DNA from: Nostoc sp. DedSLP01 | Lineage (GTDB): Bacteria > Cyanobacteriota > Cyanobacteriia > Cyanobacteriales > Nostocaceae | Length of the DNA: 64,000 bases | Direction of reading: 5' to 3' | NCBI GenBank assembly: GCA_034530875.2 | Contig: JAVRCJ020000007.1 | Location: 1 to 64,000 of the forward strand | In this document: positions 11,865 to 21,099 of the stretch, piece after piece | How positions within the stretch are numbered: position 1 is the stretch's first letter | How the letters are laid out: each line of letters starts with the position of its first letter | Notes under the pieces: model-generated | The model's input: the letters and a program-made list of their open reading frames with translations, nothing else | Databases searched by the model: none | Told to the model about the DNA's origin: nothing | Position numbers and translations under genes: made by a program

Positions 11865-12807
11865 AACGCAGGACAAACCTTTCACTTCCAATCCCGCTAA
11901 TGAGCAACCGTTCTTTTTTGTTATTTAGTAATTGTTGAGTCCAATCGGTAAATCCACCATCTACAAGAAAATATTCTGTTCCTGATGGGTCGCGGCCATA
12001 GATATGGAATCCGGCACTATCGTAATAGCCACGACCAGTTTCACGTTCTTCATCGAAGGCGAAGCTAACTTGTGGATATTGGGCGGCGAGTTTTTCAAGT
12101 ACAGAGATTTGAAGGGCATTGTAGCGAATTTTATCGAAGGCGGTTAACGTGACACGCACCTCTGCAATTGCAAATCCACTATGGTTAGCTGCTGCAAACA
12201 GCCGCAAATAAAATTCCAAATGTTCTATGAGGGCATCTATCTCAAAACTATAAGAACCTGTATCCCGTCCAGCCGTACAAAGACCGAGTAAACGAAAATG
12301 CTGAAATAAATTTGGCCCCTTTACTTGCTGGGTGCGTACCACACGCTGACTAGCACACAATTTTATAATTTCACGATCGCGTGTATGTTTAGCAGCTCGT
12401 TTGCGCCTTGCACACTCTAATGCCAGAACGTTTGTTATGTCCGCAGTCACTTCAGTATTGCGTATCGTGGACAGTACTTTGTTTTGGTTAACTGTGGCGA
12501 CGACAGAGTTTGTCCCCAGTGGAGCTACTGGCGAAAGTTCTAGCACCTCAAACCCTAGTGGAAGTACGGAATAAGCCAGGCGATCGAATTCAAGTTGTTG
12601 TTGGGGATTTATTTGCGACGGCACTACAAAGCGATTGTTTTCATATTGCTTTAAGATGTCGCTAGGTGTCAGGGAAGCTGTGCGTTGGCGATAAACTTCA
12701 ATTAGAAGAGATTGTAAGTCTGACAAACTCAGCCGATTCGTCAAAATCTCAAGAAGGTCTGGAGCATCAGCAGCAGCGAGAATGCGCTCAATGATTTTAT
12801 CTTGCAT
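11857..12807 (-). CDS. Hypothetical protein with class II aminoacyl-tRNA-synthetase-like (HisZ/HisRS-like) motifs
   Basis: C-terminal RGYYD...VDGG...SGIGSER resembles HisRS-type motif 3; no anticodon-binding domain; probable start MQDKII. Confidence 0.5.
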   Translation of the reverse strand: MQDKIIERILAAADAPDLLEILTNRLSLSDLQSLLIEVYRQRTASLTPSDILKQYENNRFVVPSQINPQQQLEFDRLAYSVLPLGFEVLELSPVAPLGTNSVVATVNQNKVLSTIRNTEVTADITNVLALECARRKRAAKHTRDREIIKLCASQRVVRTQQVKGPNLFQHFRLLGLCTAGRDTGSYSFEIDALIEHLEFYLRLFAAANHSGFAIAEVRVTLTAFDKIRYNALQISVLEKLAAQYPQVSFAFDEERETGRGYYDSAGFHIYGRDPSGTEYFLVDGGFTDWTQQLLNNKKERLLISGIGSERFVLRFR

Positions 12808-12936
12808 AATAGACACTTCAAGGCTACTAAAAACCCACACTGATGATAGTGTGGGTAGCTTACTTAAATATACTAATGGTGTGTTGGTAGTCAAGATTAA
12901 GAATATGCCGCAAGGCAAATCCAACAAATCTGGACT

Positions 12937-14514
12937 TTATAATCTTCCAACCGAACTTTCTCCATCAAAGAAGGGTGTTGCTTCAGCTTCTTTGACAAAT
13001 CCGCTGTAAGCTTCCATACCGTGTTCGCCGATGTCTAAGCCTTCTAATTCCTCTTCTTTGGATACTCTGATACCTAAAGTAGCTTTTAGTACTAGCCAAA
13101 AAATAGTACTGATTAAAACAGTGAAGCCACCTACTGAGAGAACGCCCAGTAATTGAACGCCTAACTGTCCAAAGCCACCCCCTGCAAATAAGCCTTTTGC
13201 TGGGCCTAGTCCCTCACCATACCATGAGTAAACACCAGGGCCGACAGACCACAGACCCACTGCTAGAGTTCCCCAGATACCGCAAACTAGGTGAACTGAG
13301 GTAGCTCCCACTGGGTCATCAATACCAAGTTTGTCAAAGAAGGTGACAGCGAAAACTACGATTACTCCAGCAATTAAGCCAATGATGAAAGCACTATTGA
13401 TGCTGACGTAGGCACAAGCCGCTGTAATCCCAACTAAGCCAGCCAAAATACCATTGATAATCATTGATAGGTCTGGCTTACCTAAGTAAAGCCAAGCTGT
13501 AATTGTGGCGGCAATACCACCAGTAGCAGCAGCCATGTTGGTTGTTAAAGCAATGTGAGTAATTGCACTGGGGTCGGCAGCCATCACAGAACCGGGGTTG
13601 AAACCAAACCAACCCAGCCAAAGAATTAAACAGCCCAAGGTGGCAATACTCATGTTGTGGCCGGGTAGGGCAACAACTTGCTTGTCTTGATATTTACCAA
13701 TGCGGGGCCCAAGAAATGCTGCTCCCATTAAAGCTGCCCAGCCACCGACGGAGTGAACTACTGTAGAACCGGCAAAATCCCAGAAACCGTTTTTTGCCAG
13801 CCAACCGCCTCCCCAAATCCAGTGTCCGGTAATGGCGTAAGAAATACCTACAAGCAAGAGGCTGAAAATCAAGAAGTCAAGAAATTTAATTCTTTCTGCA
13901 ACTGCGCCAGAAACAATTGTTGCCGCGGTTCCAGCAAATACTAGCTGGAATAAAAATTTTGCAGCTAGAGGTACGCCAGCCCAATTCAAGGCACTAAAGA
14001 CACCTTTATAAGCGTCTCCTGTTGCTGGACTGTTATCTGCTCCTGATAGGAAAAATCCATTCAATCCGATGAAGGGATTACCATCGCCGAACATTAAGCC
14101 AAAGCCAACTGCCCAAAAAGCAACGGTGGCCAGAGCAAATACAATCAAGTTTTTAGCAAGAACGTTGACAGCATTTTTCTGGCGACAGAAGCCGGTTTCT
14201 AACATACAAAAACCAGCGTTCATGAAGAATACTAGAAAAGCGGCGATCGCAACCCACAGCGTATCAAGAGCAACTTTGAGGTCTGCTGTGGTCGGCCCTG
14301 CGGCTGGAGTTTGGGCAACTGCCGCATAACCCCAACCCAAGACAATCAGACAGGCTATAGGTAAGCAGGCTTGCCAGCTGGGAGTCAGTCGCTTTATTGC
14401 TAAATAAAATCTCTTGAATTTTGAGTTGGACTGTGCAGATTTCCTGTAAGAAATTGCAGAAAGATGCCTTTTTTTTGGGTTCGATTTTTGTTTGTACATG
14501 AATTTGAACATCAT
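12937..14514 (-). CDS. amt1: Ammonium transporter (Amt1 type)
   Basis: [51 protein letters not shown]. Confidence 0.9.
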   Translation of the reverse strand: MMFKFMYKQKSNPKKRHLSAISYRKSAQSNSKFKRFYLAIKRLTPSWQACLPIACLIVLGWGYAAVAQTPAAGPTTADLKVALDTLWVAIAAFLVFFMNAGFCMLETGFCRQKNAVNVLAKNLIVFALATVAFWAVGFGLMFGDGNPFIGLNGFFLSGADNSPATGDAYKGVFSALNWAGVPLAAKFLFQLVFAGTAATIVSGAVAERIKFLDFLIFSLLLVGISYAITGHWIWGGGWLAKNGFWDFAGSTVVHSVGGWAALMGAAFLGPRIGKYQDKQVVALPGHNMSIATLGCLILWLGWFGFNPGSVMAADPSAITHIALTTNMAAATGGIAATITAWLYLGKPDLSMIINGILAGLVGITAACAYVSINSAFIIGLIAGVIVVFAVTFFDKLGIDDPVGATSVHLVCGIWGTLAVGLWSVGPGVYSWYGEGLGPAKGLFAGGGFGQLGVQLLGVLSVGGFTVLISTIFWLVLKATLGIRVSKEEELEGLDIGEHGMEAYSGFVKEAEATPFFDGESSVGRL

Positions 14515-15072
14515 CCTTATAAAGCTTCGTTCAAAATAGAAAAAAGCTCAAACTGAAAGTGAAATCCAGTATTTTTTCAGATTTATCCTTGAGACCACTT
14601 GTTTCCAAACTAGAAAATCAAATAACCTTCATAGGAGTTTAAAAAAATATTGACACATCTGTAAACATTTTTTTAATAAGTTTTTAATAAATTCAGATAT
14701 ACTTGCTCAAACAATGATGTTTGCTTCATTTAATCTTTAATTTTTAAAAATATATTTTTGCAGAAAAATCGCCCAACATTAGATTATTTATCTAATGCCA
14801 ACAACAAATACGTTCATGAAGAAGGGAAAAGGGTAAAGGGTAAAGGGAAAAGAAATTGGAGGAGGTCACAATCCTCTTCCAATTAAAGACCGGACTTAAA
14901 TGAGGGGGCTTTAAACCCATTTGGGGAAAGGGAAACGAAAAAGATACATGCGTTAAAAAATCCATCCCTTTCCCCTTCCCCTTTCCCCCTTTCTTGGTAA
15001 TACTGGCTCAATGACTACTTTTTTAGCTATTAGCATGATTGTTAGTTCTATTCGCTCTCAAAAGTGTTAATT

Positions 15073-16587
15073 TTAAGACTCTGAGGAATTGTTTTCTGGT
15101 TTGGCGATGGCTACGCCCGCCGCAGGCATCGCAGAAACATCCGGACATACTGATGCTCCATGTTCGTAAGTATCTATACTTATGCGGTCTGCTTCAGGAT
15201 TAACACGTAAGCGTCCGATCGCTTTCAGGCCGCCATACATTAAAAAGGCAAAGGCGACAGTAAAAACTGCGATCGCTACTACACCCAAAAGTTGTATAGC
15301 CAGCAAGTCAAAGCCACCGCCCAAAAATAACCCTGCTTTTTTGTTGAGTGTGAGTTCTGCTTGGCCAAAGAGGCCGATTGACAGAGTGCCCATCATGCCA
15401 TTGATACCGTGTACGGAAAACGCACCTACCGCATCATCGATATGCAGTGACTCAATCAAATCCACGCCAAGTACAACCAAAATACCAGCCGTTAACCCAA
15501 TCGACACCGCAGCCCAAGGTGCAACAAAAGCGCAAGCTGCTGTAATTGCTACTAACCCAGCTAGCGAACCGTTAAGACAATAAATTAAATCCCATTTACC
15601 CGTGCGGATATATTGGAAAATTAAAGTTGCTATTGCTGCGGTTCCTGCGGAAAGTGTAGTATTAACTGTTACTAAACCAATTAATCCGGGATTAGCGGTG
15701 GTCAGGGTTGAACCAGGATTAAATCCGTACCAGCCAAACCATAAAATCATTGTTCCTAATGTCGCCAACCCCAAATTATGCGCTGGTGGTAGCGTTCCCC
15801 AAGGAGGGCGATCGGGACGGGGACCAAGCAAATAAGCACCAATCAGCGCTGTCCAGCCACCGGCAGTATGTACAACAGAACCACCAGCAAAATCGTGATA
15901 ATACAGCTTGCTTAACCAGCCGTTGGCGTTCCAAGCCCAATGAACTATGACAGGGTAGCTAATAGCACCCATAATCGTACTGTAAATTAAGTCACCAATA
16001 AAATCCATTCTTCCCACCATTGAACCAGTGGTAATGGTACTGGCAGTAGCAGCAAAAGCAAATTGGAAAAAGAATAAGGTATAGGTGTTAATGGCAGCTG
16101 TAGAACCAGGTGCGCCCATTGGATAACTACCATCAGCAGCAGGTAATTGACTCAGGAAGAAGGTATCTATACCAAACAAACCGCCAACACTAGTACCAAA
16201 GGCGATACCAAAGCCGATCGCCCACCATGCCAAAATAGTTACAGCCGCATCAATGAAGTTTTCTAATAACGCATTAACTACACCTCTTTGTCGGCTCAAA
16301 CCTGCTTCTAACATGGCAAAACCGGTTTGCATAAAGAATACTAAAAACCCAGATAATAATACCCAAGTAGTATCAATTGAAATTTGCAGTTTGGTTGTAG
16401 TTGCAGATAAAGATTGAACAGTAGAAGGGTCTGCTCCCTGGACGATTGCCGGTGCAAAAACTGCAAATACCATTGAACCGATAGCTAGTGTTAGTAAGCG
16501 ATGCCAGGGTTGAATACGCTTATTCATTACCTTACTTTTTGCTGCTGGAAAAGCAATCGATTTTGGTAATGGCATTAACAAAATCAA
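15073..16587 (-). CDS. Ammonium transporter (Amt4-like paralogue upstream of amt1)
   Basis: FMQTGFAMLEAG, DFAGGSVVH, WYGFNPGS, DDAVGAFSVHG; start uncertain. Confidence 0.88.
   Translation of the reverse strand: MILLMPLPKSIAFPAAKSKVMNKRIQPWHRLLTLAIGSMVFAVFAPAIVQGADPSTVQSLSATTTKLQISIDTTWVLLSGFLVFFMQTGFAMLEAGLSRQRGVVNALLENFIDAAVTILAWWAIGFGIAFGTSVGGLFGIDTFFLSQLPAADGSYPMGAPGSTAAINTYTLFFFQFAFAATASTITTGSMVGRMDFIGDLIYSTIMGAISYPVIVHWAWNANGWLSKLYYHDFAGGSVVHTAGGWTALIGAYLLGPRPDRPPWGTLPPAHNLGLATLGTMILWFGWYGFNPGSTLTTANPGLIGLVTVNTTLSAGTAAIATLIFQYIRTGKWDLIYCLNGSLAGLVAITAACAFVAPWAAVSIGLTAGILVVLGVDLIESLHIDDAVGAFSVHGINGMMGTLSIGLFGQAELTLNKKAGLFLGGGFDLLAIQLLGVVAIAVFTVAFAFLMYGGLKAIGRLRVNPEADRISIDTYEHGASVCPDVSAMPAAGVAIAKPENNSSES
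15104..15132. repeat. Small dispersed repeat (21 nt) inserted in a HIP1 site inside the amt C-terminus
   Basis: GCGAT-GGCTACGCCCGCCGCAGGC-ATCGC equals HIP1 GCGATCGC plus 21 nt, in frame. Confidence 0.65.
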
Positions 16588-16689
16588 TTATTTGAAGTCG
16601 CTTGACTAAACAAAATTGTTGCACTCTCGTAAATTTATACCTCAACGGATAAATTTGATTGATTTTCTATTTACTTAAACCAAAAAACT

Positions 16690-16703
16690 GTATCAAATAC
16701 TAC
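16690..16703. promoter_or_regulatory. NtcA box upstream of the amt genes
   Basis: GTA-TCAAATAC-TAC (GTA-N8-TAC) about 100 bp upstream of an ammonium transporter. Confidence 0.7.
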
Positions 16704-16897
16704 AATTTTTTATTTATTTTGTGGTGACATAATATCTGATACAACGAATAAAACAACTATATCCTTTGTGCTTAGGTATTTTTCGGTATCAGAATCGGAC
16801 AAATTTTTATATTATTAAGTTTTTATAAAAAAAGTTAAAGGTTTTTGGAATTTAAAGTTACATCCTGCGATCGAATGCAACTTGCGATCGCCACTAC

Positions 16898-17410
16898 TTA
16901 TTGCTGTAAATATTGCTCGTAACCGAGTTCTTCTAGTTTGGCTTGCTTGGCAATTACCGATTCGCATAGAGTTTGGCGATATTGTTGCACTTTTGCTAGC
17001 AGTTCTGGTTGGGCTGTTGCGAGGATTTGTACTGCTAAAAGCCCAGCATTTTTGGCATTACCGATAGCCACTGTTGCTACGGGAATACCCGCAGGCATTT
17101 GAACTATTGAATATAAGGAATCTAATCCCTGTAAGTTACGGGTGGCTACAGGAACGCCGATAACAGGAAGCGGAGTTAAAGAAGCTACCATTCCCGGTAG
17201 ATGAGCCGCACCACCAGCACCAGCAATAATTACTTTGATACCGCGTTGATGTGCGAATTTTGCATATTCCACCATACGTTCTGGTGTACGATGAGCAGAA
17301 ACGATCGCCACTTCGTTTTCAACGCCAAATTCATCACAAATTGCGATCGCGTCTTTCATAGTGGGCAAATCAGAATCGCTGCCCATGATAATACCAACTA
17401 AAGGAGCCAT
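16898..17410 (-). CDS. purE: N5-carboxyaminoimidazole ribonucleotide mutase
   Basis: [39 protein letters not shown]. Confidence 0.96.
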   Translation of the reverse strand: MAPLVGIIMGSDSDLPTMKDAIAICDEFGVENEVAIVSAHRTPERMVEYAKFAHQRGIKVIIAGAGGAAHLPGMVASLTPLPVIGVPVATRNLQGLDSLYSIVQMPAGIPVATVAIGNAKNAGLLAVQILATAQPELLAKVQQYRQTLCESVIAKQAKLEELGYEQYLQQ

Positions 17411-17455
17411 AGAATTGCATCTAAAATCAGATTTAGCTATATTCTCCTGAATGTG

Positions 17456-18625
17456 ATGACTCAAGCAATACAAACTTCCTTAGAAATTATCAATGCCAGA
17501 GTAGCTGGTTATGAAGATTTGCAAATGCTCTTGGTTAACCAACAGGGGATAATCGAGCAAATCTTACCTATGAGTACTGTAGGAACGCACAGCTGTGCGC
17601 CCCAGCTAAATGTCGCGGGTGACTGGATTTCTCTTGGGGGCGTTGATTTGCAAATTAACGGTGCATTGGGATTGGCATTTCCCGATTTGAGAACTGAAAA
17701 CGCTCATTTGCTTGAGAAAATAACGCAATATTTGTGGGATGTCGGGGTAGATGGATTTTTACCGACACTTGTCACAACTTCGGTAGAAAATATCCAGCGA
17801 TCGCTCGCAGTTATAGCTAATTTTACCGAACAAGAGAGTTTGCCAAGAAAGTCATCAGCCAAAATTCTCGGGGTACATCTAGAAGGACCGTTTTTGAATT
17901 TCCAAAAGCGCGGCGCACATCCGGCAGAGTACCTATTACCTTTAACAATTGAGCAGGTAAAGCGGGTTTTGGGAGATTATGCCCATATTGTGAAAGTTAT
18001 CACCTTAGCACCAGAATTAGATTTTACTGGTGAAGTCATTCCATATTTGCGTTCTTTGGGAATTACCGTCAGTTTAGGACATTCCCAGGCAACAGCTGCT
18101 CAAGCACAACGCGCTTTTCAACTAGGCGCAACGATGGTAACCCATGCTTTCAATGCCATGCCACCACTACATCATCGCGAACCTGGATTATTAGGCGCTG
18201 CAATTACTCATCCAGATGTGATGTGCGGTTTTATTGCCGATGGCGAGCATGTTTCGCCTACTATGCTGCAAATTTTACTGCGTGCCAGTTATCAAGACAA
18301 GGGACTGTTTCTAGTTAGCGATGCCCTTGCACCTCTGGGATTACCCGATGGGGTGTATCCTTGGGACAGTCGGCAAATTGAAGTCAAAAACGGTACGGCA
18401 CGACTGCCAGATGGCACATTATCAGGAACGACTTTACCTTTGTTGGTGGGAGTGCAGAATTTGGTTAAGTGGGGAATTTGTGATGTGGAAAGTGCGATTT
18501 TATTAGCGACTAATGCACCCAGAAAAGCAATTGGCTTGTCAGGAATTCTGGGAGTTCAAAAGTCTAACTTATTACGCTGGCATTGGAATCAACCGGCAAA
18601 AGAATTATCTTGGCAACGATTTTAA
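17456..18625 (+). CDS. nagA: N-acetylglucosamine-6-phosphate deacetylase
   Basis: DLQING, HLEGPF, RGAHP, TLAPE, THAFNAM, ADGEH. Confidence 0.93.
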   Translation: MTQAIQTSLEIINARVAGYEDLQMLLVNQQGIIEQILPMSTVGTHSCAPQLNVAGDWISLGGVDLQINGALGLAFPDLRTENAHLLEKITQYLWDVGVDGFLPTLVTTSVENIQRSLAVIANFTEQESLPRKSSAKILGVHLEGPFLNFQKRGAHPAEYLLPLTIEQVKRVLGDYAHIVKVITLAPELDFTGEVIPYLRSLGITVSLGHSQATAAQAQRAFQLGATMVTHAFNAMPPLHHREPGLLGAAITHPDVMCGFIADGEHVSPTMLQILLRASYQDKGLFLVSDALAPLGLPDGVYPWDSRQIEVKNGTARLPDGTLSGTTLPLLVGVQNLVKWGICDVESAILLATNAPRKAIGLSGILGVQKSNLLRWHWNQPAKELSWQRF

Positions 18626-18667
18626 CGAAGGCACTCCTGCCTCCTGCCTTCGTTAAATCTTTACCCT

Positions 18668-19408
18668 TTACCCTTTCTCCAATACCCACGCCAAAGCACC
18701 ATCAACGTCACTAACGCGATCGCCTGGTGGTATGGGTGGACGATTTACCATCACAACTTTTACCTCAAGTTCTCGTGCGGCAATGATTTTGGGGTATGTT
18801 GCATCGCCACCGCTATTTTTACTAACTATCGCATCGATGTTGTGGTGAATCAGGATTTCCCTTTCATTACTGAGGGTAAAGGGGCCGCGATCGCACAATA
18901 ACATCCCCGGTGGCACTAAGGCATCAGGGGCAGGAGGGTCAATCATCCGCATGAGAAACCAAATATCTTTGAGGTGAGCAAAGGTGGCGAGTTCTTGCCT
19001 ACCAACTGTCAAAAATACTCGCTGCGCTTGGTTTTGCAAGGCTGTTGCTGCGGCTGCAACGCTATCAACTTCAATCCAGCGATCGCCACTTACCTTTTCC
19101 CAAGGGGAACGAATTAATATTAAATGGGGTATTCCGATTTTGGTTGCAGCCTCTACTGCATTCCAAGAAATCTGCGAAGCAAAAGGATGGGTTGCATCAA
19201 TTAGCAAGTCGATTTGCATGACTTCTAGATAATTAGCCAATCCAGCTACACCGCCGAAGCCTCCGACGCGCAAATCACCCAAAGGAACTGATGGTTCCCG
19301 GGTGCGACCAGCTAGAGATGTGATTGCTTCTACTCCTTGGATAGTTGCAAGTCTAGCAGCTAGTTTTGCTGCATCTCCCGTCCCACCCAGAATTAAAATC
19401 CGCATCAT
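18668..19408 (-). CDS. cobK: Cobalt-precorrin-6A/precorrin-6x reductase
   Basis: ILILGGT, IDATHPFA, LTVGRQ, RGPF, SKNSGG. Confidence 0.92.
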   Translation of the reverse strand: MMRILILGGTGDAAKLAARLATIQGVEAITSLAGRTREPSVPLGDLRVGGFGGVAGLANYLEVMQIDLLIDATHPFASQISWNAVEAATKIGIPHLILIRSPWEKVSGDRWIEVDSVAAAATALQNQAQRVFLTVGRQELATFAHLKDIWFLMRMIDPPAPDALVPPGMLLCDRGPFTLSNEREILIHHNIDAIVSKNSGGDATYPKIIAARELEVKVVMVNRPPIPPGDRVSDVDGALAWVLEKG

Positions 19409-19818
19409 ACAGGTGGAATTTTTGCCAAAATGCCATTTTTCAGTGCTTTTGGACGTTCTGACCAAGGCAGTAAACCATCTGGCTTGGCATAGTATTGACT
19501 AGCACACTCAAGTACCGCAGATGCACTGCCATCAACGGCTAGATCGCCAAATAAATATGTTAATTTGCCTTTGGCAGCAAACGCAACCACGCAAGAGCGA
19601 TTACAAGCACTCATACATTCAACTTCTTGAATTGAAAATTCGTCTCGCAAGTCCCAATCTTGTGCTAAATGCTGGAGTTGCTCTAATAGTTGTTCGCCAC
19701 CACCTCCAGCTAAGCGTTTTCCATCTTGCCAAACACTCGCACAAGTTTTACAAACAAATAAAGTGTGGTCGGGAAGATCGCAGCGATCGTTTGTGGAAAA
19801 ATTTGCAGTCGCGGTCAT
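19405..19818 (-). CDS. DUF1636-like metal-binding protein
   Basis: VCKTC, ECMSACNRSC, YLFGDL, RPKALK; below a B12 riboswitch and overlapping the cobK start. Confidence 0.78.
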   Translation of the reverse strand: MTATANFSTNDRCDLPDHTLFVCKTCASVWQDGKRLAGGGGEQLLEQLQHLAQDWDLRDEFSIQEVECMSACNRSCVVAFAAKGKLTYLFGDLAVDGSASAVLECASQYYAKPDGLLPWSERPKALKNGILAKIPPV

Positions 19819-19852
19819 CTGTACCTCGCAGAAATGTAGAACTGATAAATAT

Positions 19853-20012
19853 ACTTCGGCGGGCATCCTGACTCACTGAATTTGCAATTTGGAATTACTG
19901 AGGCAAGTTCATCTCAAATTTTAAATTAGTTCACAGTTGCGGGACAGTGCCGGATTTACACCGAACTTTCCCCCTTACCTCTGGTAGCTGACCCCGACCA
20001 GAACCGAATAAC
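19853..20012 (-). ncRNA. Cobalamin riboswitch
   Basis: Minus strand GGGGAAAGTTCGGTGTAAATCCGGCACTGTCCCGCAACTGT ... AGTCAGGATGCCCGCCG, upstream of DUF1636-cobK; boundaries approximate. Confidence 0.88.
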
Positions 20013-20116
20013 TTTAACAATCGTAACACTAAGGTCGAAAGATAGTGAAATCACTTCGATTTTTTATCTTGCTTTTTGACAAAAGTATGTGTTAAAATTG
20101 ATAATCGTGTGGTTAA

Positions 20117-20190
<74 letters not shown>

Positions 20191-20231
20191 TTTTTGTAGA
20201 TTGTCAAATTATTTGTCTGTGTGTGACTTAA

Positions 20232-20315
20232 TGTACATTAACTAATTATTTGTCACTGTTAACAGATTAATGTCATTTTTAACAAATTATTGTCACTGTT
20301 AACAAATTAGTGACT
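20232..20315 (+). mobile_element. CAST left (tRNA-proximal) end with tandem TnsB-binding sites
   Basis: TGTACA followed by TTAAC-N-AT-rich-TGTCA repeats starting at 20238, 20259, 20279 and a degenerate one at 20299. Confidence 0.9.
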
Positions 20316-20380
20316 ACTAGACAGTCTGGATACTCTATATTAAAGATGAATTGCTATAGTTACAATAACAGTCTAATAAT

Positions 20381-20409
20381 GACGTAACTGGATTCGCTTT
20401 CAACCCACC
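20381..20409 (-). CRISPR. Delocalised homing crRNA (truncated repeat plus 16-nt spacer to tRNA-Val)
   Basis: Minus strand GGTGGGTTGAAAG + CGAATCCAGTTACGTC; spacer identical to 20173-20188 of the tRNA, preceded by PAM GTT (20170-20172). Confidence 0.93.
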
Positions 20410-20458
20410 CATTTCTAAAAAGCTTTTGTTAGAAAAAATCGTAAACTGATATAAATAC

Positions 20459-20639
20459 CTTTCAGGTCGCCTATAGCTGGGAGCAGTATTGAAATCGAGA
20501 ACTTCAAAACAAAATAAATAATCCACCTCCCTTTCAACCCGCCTCTGCCTGGGAGGGGTGTTGAAACTGTACGAACACGCGACCAATATTCCTATATCGC
20601 GTCTTTCAACCCGCCTCTGCCTGGGAGGGGTGTTGAAAC
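20459..20639 (-). CRISPR. Minimal type V-K CRISPR array: 2 identical 37-nt repeats, 1 degenerate repeat, two 35-nt spacers
   Basis: Repeat GTTTCAACACCCCTCCCAGGCAGAGGCGGGTTGAAAG at 20603-20639 and 20531-20567; 27/37 degenerate copy at 20459-20495; spacers 20568-20602 and 20496-20530. Confidence 0.92.
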
Positions 20640-20840
20640 CCCCTGCGCTTCAAACCCTTGATTTGCCATACTTCTGAAGGCATTTTTGTCACGTCTCCCA
20701 AAATCGCCTCTCAGTTAACACTTAAAAAAGTAAATCAACTGACACGTTAAAAGCTATAAGCCTCATTAAACAAGCGATTTAAAGTTTTGGCAGAACCCCA
20801 GGGAAATTGACCCCGCTTCGATTCGCCAAAAAATAATTAA

Positions 20841-21064
20841 GGTGGGTTCCTCCTTGGTCGGAGGTGATTCGGTAGCCACCACTGCGGTAAACCCGCACCT
20901 CTATTACTGGGGGCGCACCTAATTCCTATCCACAAGGGACAGCAGCATCAAGGTGGGCAGCTACTAGGGTCAGAAAGCAAGACTGTTTAACAGCAGTCAA
21001 ACTAACCCACATTTACGCAGCACAGAGACTTGTAACAAGCATGAACTGCGGCGCTATTGAATAT
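20841..21064 (-). ncRNA. Cas12k tracrRNA
   Basis: Minus strand AATAGCGCCGCAGTTCATGC...GGGTTAGTTTGACT...CAGTCTTGCTTTCTGACCCTAGTAGCTGC...GAATCACCTCCGACCAAGGAGGAACCCACC, matching the V-K tracrRNA layout; between cas12k and the array. Confidence 0.88.
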
Positions 21065-21099
21065 TTTCATTCTATTGTCAAGGTTCGGTGTTTTGTCAA

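Noticed and set aside
14821..14995. Purine-rich and pyrimidine-rich heptamer runs between the amt genes
   Set aside because: Ordinary Nostocales STRR-type repeats
20568..20573. TGTACG at the spacer 1 edge as another transposon end
   Set aside because: Not followed by TnsB-binding repeats
20335..20586. 83-aa ORF on the minus strand
   Set aside because: Overlaps the CRISPR array and homing crRNA; spurious
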